From contig JALDTO010000162.1 of assembly GCA_023515725.1 (NCBI GenBank), positions 162,476-226,475 of the forward strand: 64,000 bases of DNA, written 5' to 3'. A program made the translations under genes and the position numbers. Positions 38,015 to 49,358 of the stretch are shown here, one piece after another. Each line of letters opens with the position of its first letter. The stretch's first letter is position 1. This DNA is from Amoeboaphelidium protococcarum X5 (Eukaryota; Fungi; Aphelidiomycota). Below the pieces are notes generated by a model. It had not been told where the DNA came from and did no database searches. It saw nothing but the letters and a program-made list of their open reading frames with translations.

Positions 38015-38545
38015 TCACTCAGACTTTGGTTTCACGTCTACCTTCTATTATAACTGTTATTGGGTGGTGAACTCTCGCGTCACTCGGCCCTGAAACCAAA
38101 ACAAAGACGCCGCGATCGAACACGTCAGCAATAGACCGCCGGCACAATGAGCCATCACAAAGAACGCGTTGTCTATGCTCCCCTGGATGGACAGAATGAA
38201 TACGGCAATGAGCATCACGAGCCACAGCATTGATAATGCACCGAGAGACCAGTAAATGACTTGGAGTAGACCGTTGTTGAATGGGAGCGAATTTTATAAT
38301 TCCTCTTCATTCATAGTAAGAGGGTCGACAATGCCGTCCACAAGATCTTATAAAATAGATTTGACTTTTTCTGATTACTCGACTGATACTTGAACCGACT
38401 CAAACTTTATCTCTTCACCATCTTCCTTTTGTGCGGATGCTCTAATCACTGCATCATTCACAATATCTGCAACGATTGACTATATTACGGAAACATTATC
38501 CTCCTAACCCTAACAGGAAGTTTCTACATTCATCTCCATTTCCAT
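38015..38545 (-). CDS. Two-TM ER membrane protein, possibly Pkr1-like V-ATPase assembly factor, 176 aa
   Basis: Acidic N-terminus, two hydrophobic helices ending GGLLLTCSIAASLFWF, polar C-terminal tail. Confidence 0.5.
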
Positions 38546-38645
38546 TTTCTAGTGAAGAGACGGATTTGATCGCTATCTCACTCTTCGCGCAAACTCTCTT
38601 CTTCACACTTTACCGCTGCGATCAAAACCGCTGAAGAGAGAAAAG

Positions 38646-41600
38646 ATGTCAAAGTATCAGAAAACGCGTAAAATGTCTAGCAGTGTGTTGGAGGAGGAAG
38701 TGAAGGCGTTGGGAGGTGATAAGAAGGATTTGGAGTTGGTATTAGGTGTATAGTCTGATGAAGAGAGCGTGATATCACTTCACCAAAACGAAGATGGTGT
38801 AAACGATGTCAAGTTACAGAAAGATCTCAAATCATTTATCGGAGAATTGGGTTTGGGTGGAATGGATTCTGATGATATTATGGAGACTGACGCTGAGGAT
38901 AGTGTCGAGGACGATGATCAAGAGTCTGATGAGGAGTCTTCTGTGGAAGATGAAATCTTAGAAACCGTATAGTAGATTTAGCATTAGGTGAAATCTGCTG
39001 GGAAAGAATCTCTTGGTGTTATGATAATGCCTCCGAGCAGTTAATGGTATAAGACTCGCGTCAGAATCCCTCAAAGCTCTGGTAAGAATGAAAAGTATGA
39101 AGTGGTCCTTAACAAGAGTAAAATCGTAAAGGTCCTGTATGAATACGCGTAAACTGTATAAGCACAGGAAGCTAAGGCTTATGAGAACTTGAAATTTAAG
39201 CAGAACAAAACTGAGGCGGTTTTCTTCCGTTAGATGGTGAAGAAGGGAACTCTGAGCGATAAAGTTGGTGCTTTGTCTCTGGCTATTAAAGAATCCCCAG
39301 TCCACAATCTATAATACTTGTAGTCTCTAATCGCGCCATTCAACCAGGTACTCAGTAAGAATGATGGACAACACAGTGCGGGTAAGAGGCGTGAAATGGA
39401 GGCGTCAATTGATGTTCTTCATGAATTGTTCAAGGAAGTTCTGTGTCCGCAGAGTAGGAAGCTCAAGTTTTTCGTTGAGAATCAGACACTAGATGATCTA
39501 TTGGATTATGTATCTCCTAGATGCAAGTCTGTCGTCAATTATACGTCCATAGAAAAGTGCCTGAGTGGTAATAAGGTGATGAAGTAAGTTTTGTTATTGG
39601 CTTATGTTGAAGATGTTATCAAGGCTTCTTACTTCACCTTCATCACAGCCATTGATCGTCTTTCTAATGTATCATCCCAATAGATATCTTCTGGTGGTAA
39701 TTACAACAAGTTGCTGAATATGATGTACGAACTTTTGGTCAATGTCCCCGAATAAGAGTCTACGGTGCTCACAATGTTAGTGAATAAGCTGAGTGTTAAC
39801 AACAGAGTGCTGACAAGTAAAATTGTTCATCTCCTAAATACCTTGATATCTCATGACGTACATCCTCAGATGAAGCCTATTGTGATCAAAGAGGTGGAGA
39901 GATTTTTATAGTCTAATAAGAATCTGGAGGTGGTGCCTGGTAAGAGAAGTAAAGACGAAGTTGATGAGAGACGACACCGTTCCAATTTCTATGCTCTGGT
40001 CTTTCTATCTCAAGTCGTGCTATCGTCATAGGAAACTGATATTAAAAGTGCGCGTCATTTGATGCAAATTTATATGCGTTTATTTTAGGAAATTTCAGCG
40101 TTTAGTAATGATGGCGCTAATGCTGAGGAAGCATCGGGAGATAATGAGAAGGATAATGGTCTGGTTTAGAAGAAGTAAAAGAAGCGTAAGTTTAGAAAGT
40201 AAAAGGTTGACAAGAACATTGCGGAGATTTAGTGCAAGATTATGTCAGCGATTTTGACAGGCATAAGAAGAGCTGTTCCTTATGCGATGTTGAAGTTATA
40301 GTCAGAAAGTGAGAGTTAGTTTGATTTGAAGAGCAGTCAGCTGTCGAAGCACATTGATCATTTGTTTGCCATTATCCATCAGTCCGACATTGGAATGATG
40401 AGTTCTGTGCAAGCATTGTAGATTATATTGTAGATATTGTATCCTCAGGTGCAAGTAAAGGGCGGGCTAAAGGTTGATGACTCTTCCGCAGTTCTGATGC
40501 CTTAATTGGTGTCTCGTTACTTTCGCGCTTTATACGCTAGCTTATGGGATGGTCGTCACGCACTTAGTGGAAAGCATCATGCGATTTATCTAAATGTTTT
40601 GTACAAGTCTTTGATACGCGATTAAGACACTTTGAGAAGTGTTGCTTTTATTAGGCGTTGCCTGCAGATTTGTCTAGCTGGTCCTCTGTCTGACGATACG
40701 GCATTTACATGCGGAATGCTTGTAATAATTGGTGAAGTGTTGAAGTAAAAGCCGGAATTACGAACTACTTTGATAGAACTCAGCTCGGGTAGTGTTAAGT
40801 CTGTTGCTGCTGATATTGGTGATAGTAATGATTCATTGACTCAGACTGTATAGATTGACGAGGATGAAGATGCCGAGATATTTCTTGATCGCGATGAAAA
40901 TGATAACATTGTTGAAGTAGAGGTGACACAAACGCAGACGGCGAATGCTTTGGTTAAAGTTGAATAGTCTTTTGAGAAGACTGTAGATGCATTATATGAT
41001 CCTGAGTAGCGTTAACCGGAACACTGTAATGCTGATAAGCTCGATTTATTCGAATTGATTCCATTCACAGTGCATCATCATCCGTCTGTGAGGCTGTTTG
41101 CAACTATGGTGTTGAACGGACAGGATGTAAATTACCCATCAGATCCATTGAGAGACTTTACGCTAATCAGATTTCTGGACCGCTTCGTGTTTAAGAATCC
41201 AAAGTAGATTGGAAGCAAAGATGGTTCTAAAGCAATGGGTGTAAAAGCTCAATCTTCTTCAATCCTTCGTAAAGCTGTTCCGTTGAATCGTGTCCAAGAA
41301 TCTCCTGTCAACTCTGCTGAATGGATTAATTCTAAGAACGATGGTTCTGATAAATTGGCTGCATCAAATATACCTGCCGATGAAATGTTTTACCATACCT
41401 ATTTCAAGCTTAGTGGTAAAGATTAGGAGATTCTATAGCGTGCTAATCAGCAGGGTGGAGGCTCTGAATTTGGAGATGATATGAGTATTAATGACGATGA
41501 AGTAGACTAGGCTATCTTTGCTGCTACTGGCTCAAAACGCGATGCTGCGGAGTTTGAAGACGTTGACAGTGACGATTTTGACAGTTCCATCGAGTTTGAT

Positions 41601-41918
41601 GATCATAGTGACGCGATGTCTGATGACTCTGCCGCTGTGATAATGGATGGCAATGCTTAGGATGAATGGAGCGACTTTGGCGATGCGGAAGAATTTGATG
41701 AAGAAAATGACTTAAGTATGGATGACGATTCTCTACCAGAGGGGTTATCGGATTCCAGTGATAGTGAAGATGAACTTTCCCCTCGAAAGAAGCAGCAGAA
41801 GAAGAAGTCGACGCCGGTACAATTGCGCAACGCTATGAAGAATTTTATGAAATCATCAGGTGCTGCAAAATCCACATCTAAAAGCGTATTTGCACCTGCC
41901 GAAGACTATTTGACGTGA
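38646..41918 (+). CDS. MAK21: Ribosome biogenesis protein Mak21/Noc1 (CEBPZ), 1090 aa
   Basis: VKALGGDKKDL, KGTLSDKVGALSL, HPQMKPIVIKEVE, RYFRALY, HHHPSVRLFA, DFTLIRFLDRFVFKNPK, VFAPAEDY. Confidence 0.93.
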
Positions 41919-42086
41919 AAACTGAAATAATGAAATGAACTCGAGTAAACAGAATGAGATTCTTAGCAACGCTATAATTGAAGTTTATTTTTGCATCTAT
42001 CACCACACCAGATTGTCATTTTTTCATATTAAACACTTATCTAACTCTCTTAGCATTGGCCTATCATATATCCCAAGAATACCAAC

Positions 42087-42956
42087 ATGAGACACGTCGA
42101 CGAATACCACAAATTTATTCAACAGTAGCGCAACCCATTCTTGGATTCCGACTCTTCTGAAGATGATGACGACGAGGAGGTCAATTAAGTCAGTCACGTA
42201 CAAGCTGTCAAGTAAAAAATGGAGATGCTACTTGCTGAAGCTGACAAACAGAGTAAGCCTTGTTAGTTGTGTTTGTAAAAGACGTAGGATTTGTAGAATA
42301 TCAAAAAGCAACTTGAATCAGTAACTTCCGCTAACACTGTACTGCAATCGCAAAATGAAGTGACTCAAACGGTGTTCAAGTAGAGCTAAGACTAGTTGAG
42401 TAAATGTAAAGCTTAGGTTGACACTCTCACAAGAAAGTGCGCTGAGCAGCAGGGTCTGATTTCATCGCAGGCACAGACGATTCAAGATCAATCAGCCAAG
42501 TTGAAACACGTTGAAAAGTTGATAAAAATAGCTGAGGCTCGCAACTAGAAACTGTAATATGAGATTGAAGATAGCCAGGATATTATCAAAGAGAAAGACA
42601 CGTGCATTAATACTCTCAATAAGGCGAATGAAAAATATGTAGCAGATTTACTCAGATTGTAAGAGTAGAAAGATGAAGAGATCTCTCTGATCAGAGAGCA
42701 GCTTGAAAAGGCGTTGGTCGACCTGGATTAAGTTCAAGGCGAGAATGTTAGTCTACGAAAATAAGAATAATTGCTCAAAGATCATGTCAGCGGTTCGCTT
42801 GATATTGATTTCGAAAAGGAGATTGATGAGTATAAGAGTTAGATGGATGAAATGGAGTAACTGAGACAAGAAGTTGAGCAGTTGCGCATCGAAAATCGCA
42901 AAGGAAGGCGCCTATGCTCCATTATGGTCCAGGAGCTTGACTTGAAACAAGTATGA
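42087..42956 (+). CDS. Coiled-coil protein of unknown function, 289 aa
   Basis: Open frame under TAR=Gln with Q/E/K-rich heptads and an NPF motif near the N-terminus. Confidence 0.7.
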
Positions 42957-42971
42957 GTAACAGGGATTAGT

Positions 42972-43866
42972 TCAAATTTCATATTTCAGTGCTTCGCATG
43001 ATAGTTTGCAATATTGTACTTTGAACGGAAGACTTTGCCCTTGAAATTCCATTAATTCAACTTTTTCCAACTGGCTCTCGCAGAATAGTGATTTACATCC
43101 GGAGCATGTTCTACACCGAGATGGCTACCTCCCTTTATGCGATACCATTTCGTTTTACAAGATTGATCTTCTGCAGAGCTCCTGTAGGGACGGGACATGA
43201 GCCCTAGTCAGCTAAATACACCCAGCTTACAGGAGAGGATTCGGAAACCAGTTGACGCGTTGTAATGATTTCATATCCCGCATCTCAACAGGTAGATATT
43301 ATAACTCGTTACATCTGATCACTAGTGTCTCTAGTTTACTCAACATCGCAATCTCTTCTGGCAAATAAGTGAGACCATTGTTACCTACACTAAATCAAAG
43401 TATTAAAGAAAATATCACTACAGATAACACGTACTTAAATCAAGATAAACCAAATTAGAAATGGTCCACAATACTGATGAGCTCTTCAATATGTTCAGTC
43501 TGTTCCAACTTAAATCCAACTAAATTTTTGGCGTAAAAGAATAATTAGGACAGTAAGATATCAGACAATTTAAAGATGCCAAATCGTGGGGCAGTTGCTC
43601 CAGCTCTAAACCGCTACATGATACAGTAATTGTATCAAATATTCAAGTGAAGGTATCAAAACCACTTACTTCAGATTTATGACTGAAAAACCACTTTCAA
43701 TGGCATAATTTATAATATCTTGAGGGTCGGAAGACTCGCAAAAGCTCAATCGTCTACCTTCGATACGTCTCTGGGATAATTTACTTGGAACACGCTTCCC
43801 CTTCACCTACACTTTCACTACTTGCGTCTACCTAGAATGAAAATCACTAATATATTTTTAAGGCAT
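42972..43866 (-). CDS. LRR protein with BC-box and Cys-rich C-terminus (LRRC58/LRR1-like), 262 aa; introns 43614-43669, 43385-43434
   Basis: LDLSWNRL, LVYLDLSNNGLTYLPEEIAMLSKLETL, NELQYLPVE, VPSLQELCRRSI, CRTCSGC...YCKLSC. Two GT..TGTAG introns restore the frame. Confidence 0.8.
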
Positions 43867-44517
43867 TTTTCTATTCAGTTAATTATTGAGTTTAAATAAG
43901 CTAGAAACAGCTTGGATAGGTGTGAATAAGTAGTACTAAGAATGGTGTAGATTCACAATTTACTGATCAAACAATGGATGTTGTTAAGGTGAAACAAAGC
44001 GCACCAGTATAAAACTAACCATCTCGCCTATACTGTGAACACTAACAAGTCGTCTCAGTTTATGTATAGTTTATGTGTTAAAATCAACGGTGATAACTTT
44101 TATACTAGATTTTGATTTATAGTGTGACAGTTGTCATTATCTTCATATCCATTACTCCATACTCTAGTTTTGCCAATTGAACGGTAGCGAATCAATAGAA
44201 ACTTCGTTCATGCTCTAGATTACGTCATGTCAGCATACAGTCTAAATTAAGTTCACTTACATAAACACATTTGACTCAAAATCTAGATTGATACTTGTCA
44301 CTCTCTTCTTCTTCTTCTTTAAACTGATTTATCCGTTGTACTTATAACTATTGGTCCTGCTTATATAATCGTAATCATTCCAATCTCTCTCTCTCTCTGT
44401 TAATCGTAACACTCTCGGACAACCAATCTCTGAATTCAAATGGTAAGCAGCGAAACGCGCGTCTCTTTCTTCAGCAAAGTAACATCATCTGCTCACAGAA
44501 AGTCATCCAATAAAGAA

Positions 44518-44901
44518 ATGGTTTACGAAGTAAAGTCTGACAGTGAATTCAAGGAAAAGATCAACTCTGCTGAAATTGTTGTTGTTGACTTCTATGCCAC
44601 CTGGGTAAGTCTATTATTTTTTAAATTGTCGTAGTTATAATGTATGATGATAATGATGACCTTTTGAGTGTAGTGCGGTCCTTGCAAGTTCATCTCGCCA
44701 AAGGTTGAAGAGTTTAGCAAGAAGTACACAAAGGCCACGTTCATCAAGGTTGACGTGGACACTCTGCCAAACATCTCTGCAGAGTACGAGATTCAAGCTA
44801 TGCCAACCTTCCAGATCTTCAAGAATGGTAAGAAGGTTGACGAGGTGATTGGAGCCGATGCCAACAAGTTGGAAAAAGCGATCTAGAAAGCTGTTGCTTG
44901 A
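44518..44901 (+). CDS. TRX1: Thioredoxin, 104 aa; intron 44605-44673
   Basis: VVVDFYATW|CGPCK joined across the intron; FIKVDVD, AMPTF. A TAG lies four codons before the true TGA. Confidence 0.96.
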
Positions 44902-45383
44902 TTAGGTTCGCCATAATGGTTCATTCATTTTATGAAAATTAAATGAAACTTGATATTAAAACATTTTGATCATACTTGGTGCCATCTTCTTTCAATTTGT
45001 ACTTGATTAATTGTCGTGCCGTGACTTGAATTGTTTAAAATGATCACGTCAATTCAACCGGTTATTATTGCAATTAAAACACAATTCATTCATCAACTCA
45101 ACTACATAACTTATTACAGGTATTGCTTGTTCAATGGAGTGCACGCTTTCTGGGCGACCATCCCATCTATTAGTCGTTGGTCAAATCGAACGCGCGCGCG
45201 ATTCCCCTTTCGTTTCAGAAATTTGCAAAACGCTCTAGGTTGTTTCTACTAAAAAGTCATACCTACGTACATACACTCATAATCCACAGCTTTGTAAAGC
45301 TGCGTATACATTTTAGTTAGTAAAATATTGTGTACTTAATCTGACTTTTTAATTTGGCATAGTCTAAACACTTGCAGAGTGAT

Positions 45384-47333
45384 ATGATTTACAGTAGAAG
45401 TGAGATTGAAGACTATCTTTTGCAGTGCCTCTCTGACAATGAAACTGTATTGCTGGGAGAACTACCTCAGTTTCTAGAGCAAGTGGAGGAGGAGTTGAAG
45501 TTCATATGGATGCTGGATGATGTAAGGAGCAATTTTGTACAATAATGCAACAGGCAATCGGATCAAGTTATCTCTGTGAAAGATGCTGTTGGTTTTATGC
45601 TGGAGCTCTGGTAGTCGTCACCGTCAAGGAGTACATCTCCAACGTAACAATAGTTGAATCAGTTTCACCAAGAGTAAAACGAGTCTCTCTGTGATGAAGG
45701 CGGCGATCACCTCGATCCTACTCCACCTACTACTGGTAAAATTCGAAAGCGTCTATTTACATCTCCCAACTTGATTACATTCAAAGAGAATATTTCTGAT
45801 AGCAGCCAACACCGTAATAGCATTGACAAGTAAAAGACTGGCTCTCGTGCAGAAGAGGACAACGCAGCTTAATATGTTCAAAGTTCTGTTACAGAGATAA
45901 GTGAGCAAAGTTTTTCGCTGCATGATCGTTCATCACAGTCAAGACTTAAAGTTTATACTAGAAGAGTGTTGCAATTGGAATAGTTGGTTGAAGAGAAGGA
46001 GTATTAGATTCAGGGATTGGATAAGGATATCCAGGACGGGAAGTTGGAGTTGAGTAAATGTAAGGATCAGCTATAGAGTCTATAGGGCGAGAAGTAGCAA
46101 TTAGCAGAAGAACTAAGTCAGTGTCGAGTAAATCTTGAGAAGGTGAAGAAGGAGAATAGGCAGCTCAGTGTAAAAGTTGGCCAATTGATGGAGTCACGCG
46201 AGACTTTGAAGCTAGAGCTTAACGACAAGAATGATGAATTGCAGCGTCTTAGCAAGATGTCTTAGTCTCTTAATGCTGGAGCTTCACAAAGGGTCAACAG
46301 CGCTGATCAAGTACAAAGATTGAAAGAGGAAAATTCTCGGCTGCATGATGAAATTCTCATGTTGTAGAATTAAATTGCTGATACAGATGGTCAGTTTAAT
46401 TCTATTCATCCTATAATGTCTCGCGGTGGTAGAGAACCTGCTTTCAGCGAGTTTACATCCGTGTTAGTTCAGAATGTTAACGATGCTGATGATAGAGCCG
46501 TCTAGATGCAGTAGCAGTAAGAGCGTATGCAAGATATCATGACAAGATTGAATGGCCCCGAGCTGTCCACTATCCATGAATTAATTGAGAAGAATCCAGA
46601 TTATGCCGATGATTTGATTTAGTGGCTGTCTGGTCTGAAGGAGGATGTCAATTCTGTGATCAAGGACATACTCTAAAACGTCAATGATCTACGCTAGAGT
46701 AAGCGAAAGTATAAGCATAGAGTCCGACTTCTTGAGAGTGAATGTGAACACCTCAAAGATAAAGTTAGTCGACTAGAGTCAGCTGCTTAGTAGAGTCGAT
46801 CAAGTGCAATGTCAAGTGTTGGCACTGGTAAATTTTCGGATTTGATCGAGTAGAAGAATCAAGAATTGGCGCAATTAAAGTAAAAAGTTTAAGAGTTGAC
46901 ACTGTTGTCGTAGTAAAAGCATCTGAATGGTAATGATGATATCCTCAATGATGGCTATGAGACGAGTCGGGAAATGGAAGCCAGAGATGTCTCTAATGTT
47001 ACTGCCGGTAAGGCGCCAAAGTCTCCGCGAAAGATTAGAATTAGTCCCAAAAAGGCTCCAGCTCGGATTCTGTTCAAGCAGCATACACAATCTCTATCTC
47101 TTTTGAATAAGGTCGCCTACCTCTTAGCTGGGACTCTGACAGGTGTTGTTTTGCTGTTTGTGTTGATGAGTTACAGAGATGCCGTGCAACTGTCTCAGTC
47201 CTATGAAGACTCTATATTCTACGATAATGTGTTTGACAAGGTTGACTCGGTATTTATCCAACAAGAAGATAAAGGTGGCTTCTATTTCCAACTGCTGTCT
47301 TTAATGTACAAAGTGCTCCCTTTTATGCAGTGA
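45384..47333 (+). CDS. Long coiled-coil protein with C-terminal TM helix and short tail (Kms1/KASH5-like architecture), 649 aa
   Basis: Compact helical N-terminal domain, SP/TP-rich linker, ~300 aa coiled coil, TM AYLLAGTLTGVVLLFVLM and a ~50-aa tail. Confidence 0.55.
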
Positions 47334-47434
47334 TTAAAATTAATGTTTATAAAAAATTTGCTTTCTTGTATCAATACTAATGCTAATGTTCAGTGTCACC
47401 TATCAGCAAGTCAATAGAGCTTTAGTATGCAATA

Positions 47435-48406
47435 TCATGACTGGCACTGAGAATACAGGACAGCGTCAACAGTTGCCAGATTGCTAAAGAGACGCTTCAT
47501 AATGGAAACATAAGAGTATAGGATCACCGATGCCTGCTGAGATACATCGAAAGTGGAAGATGATTGGGCCTTAAGAATGCATCTAAAATAATGTTTCTTG
47601 GCACTTTAATGCCCGCAAGACAATCCCAAAGCACTACAAAAAGGGACGCCAATAGAGAGTAGAACAATGTTCATCAAAATGCGACTCAAACGCCCATTGC
47701 CATAAACGAATGGATGAATAGACACAAATTTGAACGAGAACTCGGCAGCCAAATGAAGACCACGAAGCCAATTATCATCATCATCATCATCAATTTCCAA
47801 GCTCTTAAGATTCAACTTGGCCAATTTCTGACCAACCTCCGCCATTAAATTAATCATAGACTGCGGCACTAAATCTGGTGCAATAAACTGATGAGTATCA
47901 GCACAAACATTAACATTTCTGTACTTACCAGGTTCAGATATCAAACCATTCATCAATATGCGGTGGGCATTTTCGATCAATTTCTCATCCAACAGGCACC
48001 GTTTCACAATGAAGCGATCGTAAAGAAAGAGAAACGCGTCAACGTGCTGAGTAACTTCAACTCTACGTCTTTATTCCGCGTCCCTTTAGATTGATGAAGC
48101 TTGAATGTCTGCACGTATTAAACAACTGTCATCAGAAGTCCGATGTGATGGCAGAGTCTCGAGATGATGAGACACTAGAGAACGAGTTTCTTCAAATGCA
48201 AGTCCAGCCTTTTCTATATAATTGGAAAAGTACTCGGAAAAATTTAAGATTCAATAAAAATTAAGATTATACTTCAGCTGCAGCAATTTAGTTTGGCTTA
48301 TCAGCAGTTATCTATATCATCTTTTAATACGTCTTTTGTAGTCAGAAACTATTTCACTCAACGCTCCCTCCGTTCCCCACACCAGGGCTGTGAGTAAATG
48401 AGACAT
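47435..48406 (-). pseudogene. Fic/Doc-domain gene, disrupted
   Basis: FSNYIEKAGL, EVTQHVDAF, AHRILM...PGKYR, HPFVYGNGRLSR (acidic motif residue replaced by Tyr). In-frame TGAs at 48317-48319 and 48251-48253. Confidence 0.75.
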
Positions 48407-48645
48407 TACAGAGTACAGTATAAATAATAAGTAGTTTAGAAACAATGAAAATAGCTAGATAATAGAGACGAATGAATTGAGCTGATGACATAAATTCCAG
48501 CGTTTCAAAAAGCCAATCAAGATTCAAAATATCGTTTCACCCAATTGTTTGAGAAACTACGCGTGGATCCTTTCCGAAAATTCTTGTATTTTTTGTTGGG
48601 TTTTCATAACGGCAATATCATAAATATAGGTGATATTACAGTACA

Positions 48646-49287
48646 ATGGGAAGATTCTCTACTAGTAAATAATCTTAGTCTCCATATATCGCTAGGAAAG
48701 CGTAGATGCTTATGGAAGAGGATGATCCTAATAGTACCTAGATATAAGGTTTCAAAGTTGCTGAGCGTGGAATTTTATCTCCTAGGAGGACGTCGGTTTT
48801 CAAGAAGATATAATCGTCATTAGCTTTATCAGCGCAGCGATTGGCCGTATTCAAGTCTCCTGAATATAAACGACATCGTGATGAAGCAGGTATCGCAGAA
48901 GCAGATGTCACAGTGACTCCGATGGGATTATTGAGAACGGCGTTGGATCCGCAGTTTCGAGAATCGAGACTTGGTGATCGATGGAGATTTATAGAAGGAT
49001 GTAATGATAAAACTGATGCGGCTGCCCTGTTTGATCGAGCGGATACAGGAACGTCTTTATAATAAGCTTCGCCTGGGTCACAGTATCAATAACAACAGCT
49101 GACTAATGGAGGTAGTAAATTGCGGTATTTTATTACTGCTGAGCCCTAAAATTTTCAAGATTTGCATTCTCTTAATCAGTAAGTTAAGCCAAAGTAAAAA
49201 AATCGAAGTAAAAGAACATCAAGTTTGTCTAAAGCGCCTCTTAGAAGAAGTAAAAGGCTGAGGAATAAGCAACTAAAGCTAAAGTGA
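48646..49287 (+). CDS. Basic, disordered protein with C-terminal LRRSKRL motif, 213 aa
   Basis: Open from ATG to TGA under TAR=Gln; SP/TP sites (LSPRR, KSPE, VTPM); ends PLRRSKRLRNKQLKLK*. Confidence 0.65.
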
Positions 49288-49358
49288 CTGACGATGATGA
49301 TGTACTGTTGACAATTTAATTTAGTGTGATTATATTAGGATTGTATTTCTATTTAATG

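Noticed and set aside
38503-38514. Telomere-like CCTAACCCTAAC
   Set aside because: Only two units, and it encodes part of CQGQE on the minus strand.
5583-48319. TGA readthrough (Trp/Sec, or all three stops reassigned) to explain in-frame TGAs at 5583, 48251 and 48317
   Set aside because: They occur only in accessory genes that carry other lesions. Conserved genes use TGG for Trp and showed no internal TGA where traced, and the UTP22 parts are in different frames, so readthrough cannot join them.
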